Assembly (NCBI GenBank): GCA_964016885.1
Contig: OZ024741.1
Coordinates: 344,534,001-344,598,000, forward strand
Direction: 5' to 3'
DNA: 64,000 nt
DNA from: Eledone cirrhosa
Lineage: Eukaryota
Position numbers and translations under genes: made by a program. The stretch's first letter is position 1; each line of letters opens with the position of its first letter. Below, one piece after another: positions 12,763-25,693 of the stretch. The notes beneath the pieces were generated by a model. That model did not search any database. It was not told the DNA's origin and saw only the letters and a list, made by a program, of their open reading frames with translations.

Positions 12763-13335
12763 TTTCTAACGTTGGCTCAAGGCCTGCAATTTTGGGGAAA
12801 GGAAAGTCAATTCTATCAACTCCACTACTTAACTGGTACTTTATTTTATTGACTCTGGGCAAAATTGATCCTGGCAGGATTTGAACTCAGAACGTTTTAC
12901 GGAAGACCCGCTCTCTGTTGTTCTCGGGAATAGTCTTATACCTAGTAGGCAACACCTTCCTCAACCTTCTATCCCCTCTCATTCACCTCCCTCAGCGGTA
13001 ACCATACCTCCCCTACTACCCTGTCCACATTTTTCCCCCAAGCCCCTCTACCCTCCCTAGTCCCAAGACAAAAGTGCCCAGCCCACACTGTAAAGAGCAC
13101 CCAGCACACTGTAAATGTGGTTGGTGTTAGGAAGGGCAACCAGCCATAGAACACCAGCCAGAAACTCTCCTATATGAGCGAGACACAGTCACCCGACCCA
13201 ACTTGTCTCTAAATGGAACCCATCTAACCCATGCTAGCATGGAAGGTAGACGTTAATTGACAATGATGGACGTAATGAGCCAGAATAAATACTGCAAAGT
13301 GTTTTGTCTGATGCTCTAATGATTCTGTCCATTCT
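12763..13335 (-). mobile_element. SINE family A interrupted by an RTE 3'-end fragment (~12897-13268, +)
   Basis: SINE halves flank a segment ending AACCCATGCTAGCATGGAAGGTAGACGTTAA...GATG. Confidence 0.6.
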
Positions 13336-14502
13336 CTTGCCTCTTATTAAGAAAATAATAAAATAAAAAGATGTTTATATATTTAAAAGGGGTATTTATT
13401 TGACAAACATTATTATTTGCTTGATGAAAATGATCTTTTCAATTTTTAAATATAAACAATATGTCTGCCAAATAGAAACCACCTTGAAAAATATATACGT
13501 CTTGAAGAATGTTTTTCTTTTTAGAGTAAATAACGACTGTCAAATAAAACTCCCTTTTGCAAACAAATAAATGTCTTTTAAGAATGTTTTCTTTTTCTAT
13601 TATTTCCATAATAAAATTATACCTTCAATATTTTTCTCGAAATTTATTTATATTTAAAAAATATATATAAATATGATTGTCAAATATATACACTTTTGAA
13701 AAGTATAAATACCTTTTAAGAAGGTTATATTTTTTAATTAATTTTTTCCTTGAAAACTATAAATAAATGTTATTTAAGAAAATTTTATCTTTTCCCTGGA
13801 GTCTGTATTCAGTCTTTTGAATGTTCATTTTTCAATCTGTCTGTGTTCTCATTTTTCAATATTTTTAAATTCTGTCTATTGTATTCAAGAACCTGTCATT
13901 TGGTGTTCTATATTGGCACATGTTTTAGGGCAATTATTTGTTTTAGTATGAATTTTTTTTAAACCCTATCTAAATTTTGTTATTGTCTTTTTGAAAAGCA
14001 TTCTTCAGTTTTGTTTTTTTTTCCTTCATATTTTGAACATCAGAAATTCAGAATCTGGTGGACACAGCATAGCTGAATGGTTGAGGAGTTTATTTTGCAA
14101 TCATTAGGTCCTGGGTTCAATCCCACTGTGTGGCATCTTCGGCAACCTCAGGTTGTGAGTAAAATTGGGGTAGATGTAAGCCTGGCAAATAAACTGTACT
14201 TGTAAGTCAATGGGCCAGCCTTACCACAAACACTGACTGTGTCATGCTCAACCACTTGGACGCTAATTTCACAAGCATTGATCAAATAACTAGAACACTC
14301 ATTGTTGTAACTGATAGAAACCTGTTTCATTCCCTATTCTAATGATGAAATATTATTCACAAGAACACTAGAGAAGGGAACATGAAATAGCAGTGAAAAA
14401 ATATATATCGCATCATGCATGGAATTTTTAATAATCTGTTCTCAGCATATCTACATAAGTTCAGATGGTGTTCTGTTCACAAAGACATTGCATTTAACAG
14501 GA

Positions 14503-14818
14503 AGGCACAGGGGTTAGGGTGTTCAGTGTGTAGTCATAAGGATTTGAGTATGATTCCCAGTGATGCATTGTGTCCTTGAGCATGACACTTTATTTTACAT
14601 TGCTTTAGTCGAATCAGCTAGCAAAAATTAGTGGTACTTGTAATTCAAAGGCCTTGCTTTGTCACACACTATCTCATTCTGAATCTCCCTCTGAATCTCC
14701 CTGAGATCCATGTTAAGGGTACACATATCAGTGAAATGCTCATTAATTTCATGAGCTGGCTGTACTATTGTTCACTCATCATTGGAACCAATGGAGGTCT
14801 AACAACAACAACAACAAC
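14503..14818 (+). mobile_element. tRNA-derived SINE, family B-like (decayed)
   Basis: tRNA-like head, GTCCTTGAGCATGACACTT central motif, (ACA)n tail. Confidence 0.55.
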
Positions 14819-15934
14819 GTATTTTTGGCTTCCATCTATTGGGTTCCACATTACTGAATAGTAATGTAATCATTTACTTCCAGTTTCTAGATTTTAAGAA
14901 AAATAGGACAGGCATCCAACCAAAAGATCTAGCCAGAAACAGTCCTATATGACAAGACATGGTCACCTGACCCAACTTGCCTCTAATGGGACAAACCCAT
15001 TTAACCCATACTAGCGTGGAAAATAGATGTTAAACGATGATGATGAAATAAACCATTCAGAATTTGGTGAAAAATCAATTACCTTTACAGTTTCATTTTA
15101 TTGTCAGCCATTTTATATACCTATATAGAAAGTTCACCAGTTGTATTTTCATTTAACTCTTAACCTCCTGTAATGTTTTATCTAGAAAAGAAGACATCTA
15201 AAACTGGATTTGTTAATCCAAATGTTTATGGTATCTTTACTAGTAGATAGATCATTATGAAAATTTGTTGTAATAGAAGAGTAATGACTTCAATTTTTAA
15301 TAAGATGCAGTAAAATGCTGTTTTTGTACTTTTCAAGAATGTCTTATTAATGAGGTTTCGTGTGGTACAGGATATTAAGATTTAATGCCATCCACCTTCG
15401 AAAGATATTAAATATTTATCTGTTAAATATTCTTTATACAGACAATCTGTCATGTAAACTGCAGTTCTTGCATCACATACAACTCTGACATTCAAAATGC
15501 ATTATAGTTATTACATAAGATAAACAGGCAATAAAACTACATACATAGATAACTACCATAAAACTACATGCATAGATAACTATTAGTACTGGTGATACAA
15601 TAAGAACATCCAGTTCAACCTGTATGTAATTGCAATGGTACCATGATAAAAAAAGCACCCAGTCCACTTGTCAGATGGTCATTTTGGTGCCATGATAAAA
15701 AGCACCTAGTCCATGCTTTAATTTGGTTGATTTTAAGAAGGGCACCCAGCCATATAAACCAAATAAGAAACAGATTCATATGAGCAAAATATGGTCCCCT
15801 GACCTGACTTGTCTCATAATGTGACAACCCATCTGACCCCTTCAAACATGGAAAATAGATATTAAATGATGATGATTGTCACGAAAATAAAGATGTTGAT
15901 TTTTCTTGTTATTATTATCTAAATTATATTAGCT

Positions 15935-16348
15935 GCGGTGGATTGGCAGTATCGGTAGATGCATAGAGTTATGGCCCTTGCCATTCTGAGTTCAAATCCC
16001 GCCGAGGTTAACTTTGCCTTTCATCCTTACGGGGGTCGATAACATAAAGTACCAGTAATGCACTGGGTAATTGCTGGCCTTGTGCCAAAAGTAGAAACAA
16101 TTATCTAAATTACCTAGGGCTGTGGATTGGCAGAATCGTTAGTCAGACACTATGCTTTGTGGCATTGAGGCATATAGGCATAGAGTTACGGCCCTTTACG
16201 TTCTGAGTTCAAATCCCGCCGAGGTTAGCTTTGCCTTTTATCCTTACAGTATCAATAAAATAAAGCACCAGTAATGCAATGGGGTCGATATAATCGACTC
16301 CCCAACAAAAAATAATTACTGGCCTTGTGCCTAAATCAGAAACAATTA
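15935..16348 (+). mobile_element. Two tandem SINE family A copies
   Basis: Each has an A box (TGGCAGWATCG), a B box (GTTCAAATCC) and the central GCCTTTYATCC domain. Confidence 0.8.
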
Positions 16349-18031
16349 TTATCTAAATCTGTTTGCTGTGACTGCAGACCATATGCTGGCAAATATAATT
16401 TATATCCATGTTTTCACTATCAACATAAACAGCTCTCAATTTTGTGGGTGGAGCAGAGGCAGGTTACCAACATTTTACCAAAAGTCCTTGGTCTTAACCC
16501 ATTTGATATCAATCTGCCCAAAACCATCTCTGGTTCTATGAAACAAAACCACCCATTTTAAAGGATACCTAATTAAATTAAAATCTTCAAGTGTAATTTG
16601 ACTTATGAACTTTTTGCTAGGTTATGTTACAAATGCCATCTTAACCTTTTTGTGATAACATTTCGAACAAAATACATGCTCTTTCAATTAATTAATGAAG
16701 AATTTTGAAGGATTTACTAAGATGATTAATAATTTCATTTTTTCTTTTTTAAATCCATAACTCATGATGGAATTGCAAGGGTGCTGTAGTAACATTTCTT
16801 GTGTATTTTAAATCTGGCCGAGCCTATCTCCGCTCCAGGTCTGGACACTGCTGATTTCTTCCAAAGAAGGAATGAGAGTAATAAAGAGGAAATGAGATAA
16901 ACATATAGAAGAAGAATCGATCCCAGAACTGACTGGTTCTGTATTTATCGACCTTGAAAGGATAAAATTGTGAAGGCATTGCCAGCATTACCCGCTGCAA
17001 CAATCACACCACCTGACGGGGCTCCTTCCTCTGATCAATTTTACAGAAGAAATCAGCAATCAGGGAGCGGGGACATTTGAGGTCTTGATGGTGATCAAGT
17101 AGTCAATTGAGCTCTGGTATTTGGTTATCTTTCTGGGTTTGTGGCTGAAGCAAAAAGGGAATTAAATTGTAATTGATTTAGCTATTTAAGAATACACATA
17201 AACTGTTATACAGGTAAAATTCCATTATAACGAATGCCATTATAATAAATTTTTCATTGTAACGAAATTTCTTTCAATCCCCAGGGTAATAACAAACTAA
17301 TGCTAGATTTGTTTTGGTCAATCTCATTATAAAGAATTAAAAGTTTTGTTGCACTTCTAAAAAAAATTCCACAGACATTTATACATATATATTATCACCG
17401 TTGAACGTTCATTTTCCATGTATGCATGGGTTAGAGGGCTGCCACATGCTGAGGCCTGACCGATCAGGTGAGTAGGTCATGCTCGTATATATATATAATA
17501 AAGAGTAAGACTCGGAAAATCTTTTCCTTGCGCTACTTTGATTACAAGGGACTAATGTGAGTTTTTAACTCAATATATATTTTTGATATATATATATAAC
17601 TACATAAACAGAGAAAGCTATTAGCGATACTCCGACCAATTTCCAACTCACTCAACAAAGATTAGGAAATACCGGAGTATATTCCCAATTAAACGTTTGG
17701 AGTGCTAACTATATTGTATTGTGTGGATAATTGGCTGTATTATTTTATATGAGAGATTTATATATAGTAATTCAAAGACCAAAATCCGAAGAGGGCTCGA
17801 TAAGGATTGTACATATATATATATTTATAAGTATATATAAACCCATAGAGCAAATAGTTATTATTAGTACAGATTAAAGTTCAAGCAAAGAATTTCTGTT
17901 TTCAGCCGATACGGGATCTTCTGAGTTTCAGAAGGTCCTGTAAAAGGGTGAAAGCAGAAATTATTTGCTTAGACTTTAATCTATACTAATAACTATATTT
18001 ATATATATATATATTTATATATATATATATT

Positions 18032-18066
<35 letters not shown>

Positions 18067-18447
18067 ATAGACCAACACAAACACACATCATGCAAATATT
18101 CTGCGCGTCTCTGCTTGTGTGTTTGTGCTAATGTTATTGTTTGCGTGTGTGTGTGCTTGGGTTTTCATTGTTCTGTCAGTAGCTGCAGCTGGACAGCCAA
18201 GGAGGTGTGGTGGTAGGAGAGAGGGAGACAGGGGAGGGAGAAAATCTAAAGCAAGAAGTGTGACTAAAGGAGGAGAGGCATGAAGGTAGTATGATTTGAC
18301 AGAAGCTAAAATAGAGAGAAAGGTGGAAGGTGAAACAATGGTGAAATAAATATTTATATAAATAAAAGATAAAATGCATTGAGAAAAGTTTAACTTATTT
18401 TTCACAACTTTTTATTATTATTATTTTACTTGTTTCAGTCATTAGAC

Positions 18448-18654
18448 CAGTGATACTCAACCTTCTTTTGCCAACAGCACACCTTGGAACACATAAAAAA
18501 TAGCGGCACACTTAGCTAAATATATATGAAAAATAATATTTTTCATATATATTTATTAACTGTTTCATGTATAATATTTTTGTTCTTAGTGTGCCGTTCA
18601 AAATTTTGGGGCACACTTAGGAAGATCTCGCGGCTCACTGGTTGAGAATCACTG
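18448..18654. mobile_element. hAT (Charlie-like) MITE
   Basis: TIRs CAGTGATACTCAACC / GGTTGAGAATCACTG with a perfect 8-bp TSD CATTAGAC (18440-18447, 18655-18662). Confidence 0.85.
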
Positions 18655-18827
18655 CATTAGACTGTAGTCATGCTGGGACATCACCATCATTTGGTCAGTC
18701 ATATGAACTCTAGTACTTATTTTTTCAAGTCCTCATACTTAGTTTATTGTTCTTCTATTTTGTTGAACTAAGTTACAGGTCAGATTAACAAAAGTAAACA
18801 CTCACTCACACATGCGCACATATATAT

Positions 18828-19105
18828 ATCATCATCATCATCATCACCGTTTTACATCCGTTCTTCCACACTAACATGGATTAGACGGGTTGTCCTGTTG
18901 TGGGCAGTGTCAGGTCGGCTGACCATGCCTTGCTCATATGGGAACTGATTCTGGCTTGATATCTACAGCTGGATGCCCTTCCTAACCCCAACCTCATTTA
19001 CAGTGAGTGCTGGGTGCTTTTTTTCTGTGGCGCCTACACGTCCACTTTACAGTGTGGGCTGGGTGCTTTTTTGCCGAGACACCTCCACGACCACTTTGCA
19101 GTGGA
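18828..19105 (-). mobile_element. RTE LINE 3'-UTR fragment
   Basis: (CAT)n tail and GCTGGATGCCCTTCCTAAC motif shared with the RTE 3' ends. Confidence 0.7.
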
Positions 19106-19259
19106 ATGATAGGAACCCCAGTCCTATCATCATGAGTAAACTGGAGCAATGTGAAATAAAGTATCTTGCTCAAGGAAACAACACATCACCCAGTCCAAGA
19201 ATTGAACTCACAACCTTTCGATTGCAAACCTAATGCTCTAACCACTAAGCCATGTGCCC

Positions 19260-19485
19260 TCATTTTGTATTAGTTATATATATATATATATATATACACA
19301 CACATTTTGTGTTAGTTATATATATATACACACACACATTTTGTATTAGTTATATATATATATACACATTTTGTATTAGTTATTTATATATATATATATA
19401 TATACACATATTTTGTATTAGTTATATATATACACACACATTTTGTATTAGATATATATATATATATATACACATTTTGTATTAG

Positions 19486-19517
<32 letters not shown>
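19260..19517. repeat. Minisatellite CACATTTTGTATTAGTT(AT)n
   Basis: About 7 units; the same array resumes at 21290-21910. Confidence 0.85.
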
Positions 19518-19521
<4 letters not shown>

Positions 19522-19580
19522 CAAGGCTCTGATACCATCAACACTATAAACACAGAGCTGGCATATCTAAGAACTGAATA

Positions 19581-19636
19581 ACTGCCTGATGAGGTCATAG
19601 CCATTCAATGGCTATTATCGAAATATATATAGCAGT
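19581..19636 (+). ncRNA. Type I hammerhead ribozyme (intact core)
   Basis: ACTGC-CTGATGA-[GGTCATAGCCAT TCA ATGGCTATTATC]-GAAA-TATATA-TA-GCAGT; stem I ACTGC/GCAGT, hairpin stem II, palindromic stem III, AUA cleavage triplet; AATAAA follows immediately. Confidence 0.75.
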
Positions 19637-19716
19637 AAATAAAGGATTATGAGTTCATGCAATTGACTTATGTTTCGTCACTATATATGTATATATATAT
19701 ATTTATATATATATAT

Positions 19717-21259
19717 TTAGAAAACTAGGTGTCGATGAATGGCTTGTGAGAGCTATACAAGCCATGTATAAAGAAACAGTCAGCAAGGTTAGAATTAACA
19801 ACGAATATAGTGAAGAGTTTAGCATAAAGGTTGGTGTTCATCAGGGCTCCGTCCTTAGCCCCCTCCTATTTATTATTGCCCTTCAGGCTATAACAGAGGA
19901 GTTTAAGACCGGCTGCCCATGGGAACTCCTATACGCAGATGATCTAACGTTCATAGCTGAATCAATGGCCGAACTAGAGAAGAAATTCCAAATATGGAAG
20001 CATGGCCTAGAATCAAAAGGCCTTAAAATTAACCTGTCTAAGACTAAAGTTCTAGTTTGTAGGAAGCAAAATAGGGCACCAGTCCCATCTGGGAAATGGC
20101 CATGCTCAGTGTGTAGGAAAGGAGTAGGCAGAAACTCCATTTTATGTCCCAAATGCAAAGTATGGGTGCATAAAAGATGTAGTGGAATCACAGGTAAGCT
20201 AACTAAGAATATAGATTTTATATGTGGCCGGTGCTCTGGTGCAATAGGTAGCAGCAAGTGCCCACAGAATACTAGCTCATTCCATTGCACAGATGGTTCT
20301 ATAGAAATAGTGGACAGCTTCCGTTACCTGGGTGACAAAATCAACAGTGGTGGAGGGTGCTCCGAAAGTACAGTAGCTAGAGTCAGAACGGGATGGAAAA
20401 AGTTCAGAGAGCTTATACCACTATTGGACGCTAAAGAGTTCTCACTAAAAATGAAAGGCAGGCTGTATGATGCCTGCATACGAACAGCATGGCAGTGAGA
20501 CCTGGGCATTGTGTGCAGATATACGCAGACTGGAGAGGAACTAAGCTTGCATGTTCCGCTGGATGTGTAATAGTAATATACGTGAATGGCAAAGCATGAA
20601 TGAACTAAGGGAGAAATTAGGAATAAGAGGGATCAGATGCTGTTTACTTGAGAGAAGACTACGTTGGTGCGGTCACATGATGCGCATGAAAGACGACAGC
20701 TGTATAAAAAAGTGCAGGGCAATAAAAATAGATGGTAGCCACGGAGTAGGCAGACCCAGAAAAACCTGGGACGACTTGCTAAATTCCGACCTCACACAAT
20801 TACACCTCTCCAAGACAATGTCACTGACAGTAATACAGAAGACCCACCTTGCCTAAGTACAAAGCGAAACCTACAGTCAGTAGGCACCTCTAACAAAATA
20901 CACCCCGGCCCCACTACCCCCACCCCATCCACACCACCCCCACCCCATCCACACCATCCCTTCCAATGTAAAGTTATGATGGTACCACAGCATCCAGTCC
21001 GAAACAAATGAGGTCGTGTAGGTGTCACGACAAAAAAACACACAGTCCACGCTGTAATGTTGCCGTGTAGGTAACACGGTAAAAACCTCCCAGTCCACAC
21101 TGTAAACGTGGTTGGTGTTAGGAAGGGCATCCAGCCGTAGAAAATCCGCCAGACAGTCCTATACGAGCAAGACAACCAATCTTGCCTTAAGTTGGAAAAT
21201 TCCCGTCCAAACCCATGCTAGCGTGGAAGATGGATGTTAAACGATGATGATGATGATGA

Positions 21260-21260
<1 letters not shown>
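19717..21260 (+). mobile_element. 5'-truncated RTE-type LINE with PHD finger in RT
   Basis: GVHQGSVLSPLLF, LLYADD, C4HC3 finger, FRYLG, RRLRWCGH and GRPRKTW; 3'UTR ends in (GAT)n; frameshift near 20490. Confidence 0.9.
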
Positions 21261-21289
<29 letters not shown>

Positions 21290-21298
<9 letters not shown>

Positions 21299-21379
21299 TT
21301 TTGTATTAGTTTTATATATATATATATATACACATTTTTGTATTAGTTTTATATATATATACACATTTTGTATTAGTTT

Positions 21380-21410
<31 letters not shown>

Positions 21411-21573
21411 TTTTGTATTAGTTTTATATATATATATATATATACACATTTTTGTATTAGTGTTATATATATATATATATATACACACACATTTTGTATT
21501 AGTTATATATATCATCATCATATATATATATATATATACACACACATTTTGTATTAGTTATATATATATATAT

Positions 21574-21609
<36 letters not shown>

Positions 21610-21912
21610 CTGTAAATGTGGTTGGTGTTAGGAAGGGCATCCAGCTGTAGAAAACCCGCCAGACAGTCCTATGCGAGCAAGACAATCACTCTTGCCTCAA
21701 GTGGGAAAACCCCCGTCCAAACCCATGCAAGCGTGGAACACGGACGTTAAACGTTGATGATGATGATGATGACACACACATTTTGTATTAGTTATATATA
21801 TATATCATCATATATATATATACACACACATTTTGTATTAGTTATATATATCATCATCATATATATATATATATATACACACACATTTTGTATTAGTTAT
21901 ATATATATATAT
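21290..21912. repeat. Minisatellite CACATTTTGTATTAGTT(AT)n containing an RTE 3' fragment (21609-21772)
   Basis: Same unit as 19260-19517. Confidence 0.85.
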
Positions 21913-23629
21913 AATTAATACAAAGACTATCATATATTCAACATTAGTTTATTCCATTACATCATCCCGTTACGCACATTTCAAAGTCATCAAAAGGTTG
22001 TTATTCTACGATTATTCAGTGTCTTGTCGTCAATCTGGCTTCTCTTTTCTCAGTTTACACGTGTAGGACTATATTATTCAAGGTAGCCTTCTTTCTTTCC
22101 TTCAGTAGATTAGGTGTGAGATATATATATTTGTTGTCAGAATATTTGAGCCTTTGTTAGAATAGCTTATAATATACCTTTTTAAACGACTTTTCCATGC
22201 TAACATGGGTTGGACAGAAATTTGTGAGGTAATGTTTTGCAGCTGGATGCCCTTCCTAACACCAACCCTTTTAGTCGCTTCTTACAACATGCAGGGATAC
22301 AGTGTACCTATTTTAGACCGGATACACATGTTTATAATATAATATATAATTTTTTTTCTAGCACTCTATACTCCAGGTTGAATTCCTGTTGGGTCCCATT
22401 TAGGTCCAATGAAATATAGTATCAGCCCATAGCATTGGATTGGCAAAATTGTTAGAATATTGAATGAGATGCCATATAGTATTTCTTCCAGCACTTCGCC
22501 TTCTAAGTTCAAATTCTCCCTGGGAATTCAAATCCCACCAATGGAAAAAGCTGATCACCTGATCATGGAACCACAACTAATTATGCTACTGCAGTTGAAT
22601 GATGATGATTTTGGAGGAGATTTAACTGCTATTTCTAGTAGATTGAGTGACCACATTATGGCCCATTTCTTGGTTCATTGAACTGAAATATATTACTTTT
22701 GTGCTCTGTAAATATATAGATTTGAACACTTATCAAACTGACATCGTGAAAAATATTTTACCTAATTATACATTGAGCAGTTTTTTTTTTATGTAAATGT
22801 TAGACAGAGATTCTAGAAGAATTTGACGAATGTTAATGAACCAGAAACCATAGTAACTGTGATACCAATGATGTTGTGATGAGAACTGAGAATATATCTC
22901 CAAGATTAATTTCACAGCAGAGAATATATTTATATATGTCTTTTAGACTTAGAAATATACTTAAAATTTTACTGACATCCTAGTACAGAACGAAAGTTTC
23001 AAAATTCCGCATACTGTAGCCATCATCATTATAATCACCACCACCACCAACATCATCATCATCATTGTTATTTTATGCTTGCGTGGGTTGGACAGGTCTT
23101 TTCCAGCACCGCTACCTTCATCACCTCTTCTGTGAAGTTCTGCATATTGAGATCCACTCACAGCACATTTGCCCAGGTCTACCTTGGTCTTCCTCTACTG
23201 CAACTTCCTTTCACTAGGACTTGCTGGAATTTCTTCACCTAACAATTATTATCTGTGATCATAACCCAAATCAGTTCTGTATTAGCAAGACATGGTCACC
23301 TGACCTGGCATTGCCCACAACAGGACAACCAGTCTAACCCATGCTAGCGTGGAAGAATGGGCGTAAAACGGTGATGATGATGATCACCTCTCCATACCAG
23401 TGAATGTTTTGCTTTCACCAATACGACCTCAATAACATGAACACCAGTTCAGGGCAGAGGTTTGGTGGGATTAATAAAGCCTTAGACAGTAATTTATCCA
23501 CCTCTAAGCTGAAATTTCACTCAGGTCAAGTTTGCCATTCTATCCGATGGAGCCTTGTGGGGTGGAGAGGTTGTTGCTGGCCATTCTCCATGGCAATGCC
23601 TTTGCCATTTTGTTCTTTCAAGATCAATA

Positions 23630-23790
23630 AATAAAGAACCAGTTTGTTCAAGGTTGATAAATAACGAACTAGTTTGTTCAAGGTTGATAAATAACAAACC
23701 AGTTTGTTCAGTGTTGATAAATAAAGTACCAGTTTGTTCAAGGTTGATAAATAAAGTACCAGTTTGTTCAAGGTTGATAAAGCACCAGTC
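23630..23790 (+). repeat. 30-bp tandem repeat, 5 copies
   Basis: CAGTTTGTTCAAGGTTGATAAATAAAGTAC at a 30-bp period. Confidence 0.9.
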
Positions 23791-24149
23791 CAGGGCAGTG
23801 GATTGGTAACAAGATGCTCTGCAATAATTTTTCTTTTCTGTTTTTTTTTTTCATTCTGATAGCAAAGCATGTGATGGCACTCATAGTGTCAAGCTGTCCC
23901 AGTCCTTGTGCTTTTCTTCAAACAACATTAGAGGCATGGAGGAGAGAGATTTACATGGATTTCTAATTTCTAGTATTCTATAAAATATCTTTCCTTGGCC
24001 TGTACTCTAGGAAGAAAATTTGGTTAATTCTACCTGATGGAGATCTTAATAGGACCTGAGATATACATTCATCCTAGATGGATCAATGTCCATACCTCTC
24101 ATGTTTTATATATCATCAACCACTCTACAGAGTATCTTAGGCTTATGTT

Positions 24150-24430
24150 CACCTGCGCTAGGTATGTGTTAGGTGACAAACTTCCTCCAACACACCCAAT
24201 CCATTGCTGTATTTTACATCCATTCCAGGATGACATTGACAACTATCAGATCATTTTGAAATGTCTCCTGCCATCAGGTGGTCATTGGTCTGCACCTTTT
24301 TCTGTTTGCCTCAAGAAAGAATTCATATCATCCCTGTTTTTTGAAGGGTGGTGATTGGGTACATGGAGAATGTGGCCAGCCTGGTAGAATCATTACTCGG
24401 TAATTATCTCTTGCGGTGATCATATCTTTA
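24150..24430 (-). pseudogene. Old RTE-like ORF2 C-terminal fragment
   Basis: Manual minus-strand translation gives ...RCRPMTT*WQETFQNDL...TAMDWVCWRKFVT, resembling the RTE C-terminal GRPxxTW...DRxxWR motif. Confidence 0.45.
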
Positions 24431-25184
24431 CTCAGGTGTAATTTATCTTGGCAGTAAATTACATTGCAGTACATTGCTTTATATTATGAAGGAATGTTTC
24501 TATATGGTCAGAAAGCCTGCTAGAAATATCAGCCATATATCTCTTCAAATCACACATTACTCTCCTAAAATATATATATATAATATATCATCATCGTTTA
24601 ACGTCCATTTTCCATGCTAGCATAGGTAGAGATGGGCTGTCCCTTTGTGAGAGATCAGGCTGGAGGACTGTGTTTCACTCACACAGGACTGATTTTGGCT
24701 TGGTTTCTATGGATGGATGCGCTTCCTAACGCCAACCACATTTACAATGTGTGGCGTGTACTTTTTGTCGTGATTCCTATATGACCATATAATATATATT
24801 TAATAATAATGTTGTCCTAAAAACAATTAAACAGATAGGATGACCATGAATGGAACGCTGTTTGATCATAAGTCGGCTTCATCAAGTTTAACCCAGAGCT
24901 AAACAACAACAGTTGTACTGCACTGCAGAATGCAATATATTCATGCAAGGGACAAAATTCTACTGTTCAGTGCAGTAAAATACGGTGCATCTAATCAGCT
25001 GTACAGCCTAGTTATACCAATTTATTCTATAACCAACTAAAGTATTCTAGTGTGGAGGTGTATGTATGTAAAGGTTACATTATGTAGACAGTATATATGG
25101 AATGATTTTCTGTATGTGTTTATCTTCTCCACACTTCTCTTTCCTTCCCTCCACCTTATCTCACTCCCTCTCTTTCTCATATAT

Positions 25185-25204
25185 ATACATAAGTGTATAT
25201 ATGC

Positions 25205-25272
<68 letters not shown>

Positions 25273-25284
25273 TTGTGTATGTGA

Positions 25285-25348
<64 letters not shown>

Positions 25349-25661
25349 ACATATATATATATATATATACACATGTATGTATATATATATGCATACATAC
25401 ATACATACATAAGTATATGTATGTGTACATACACACATATGTATATGCATAGATGTAGGTTCCTATACTGCTAATCAAACTATGCTGGTAAAATTTCTGT
25501 ATGAGAGGTTGCATATATATGGATGTATACATACATATATATATGTGTATATGTGTGTGTGTATGTCTGTGTGTATATGTGTGTGTATGTGTATGTGTGT
25601 GTGTGTGTGTGTATGTATGTGTGTGTGTATGTGTGTGTATATGTATGTATGTATATGTGTG

Positions 25662-25693
<32 letters not shown>

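Noticed and set aside
15935-16103. tRNA gene (A/B boxes)
   Set aside because: No cloverleaf, and it continues into a SINE body shared by many copies.
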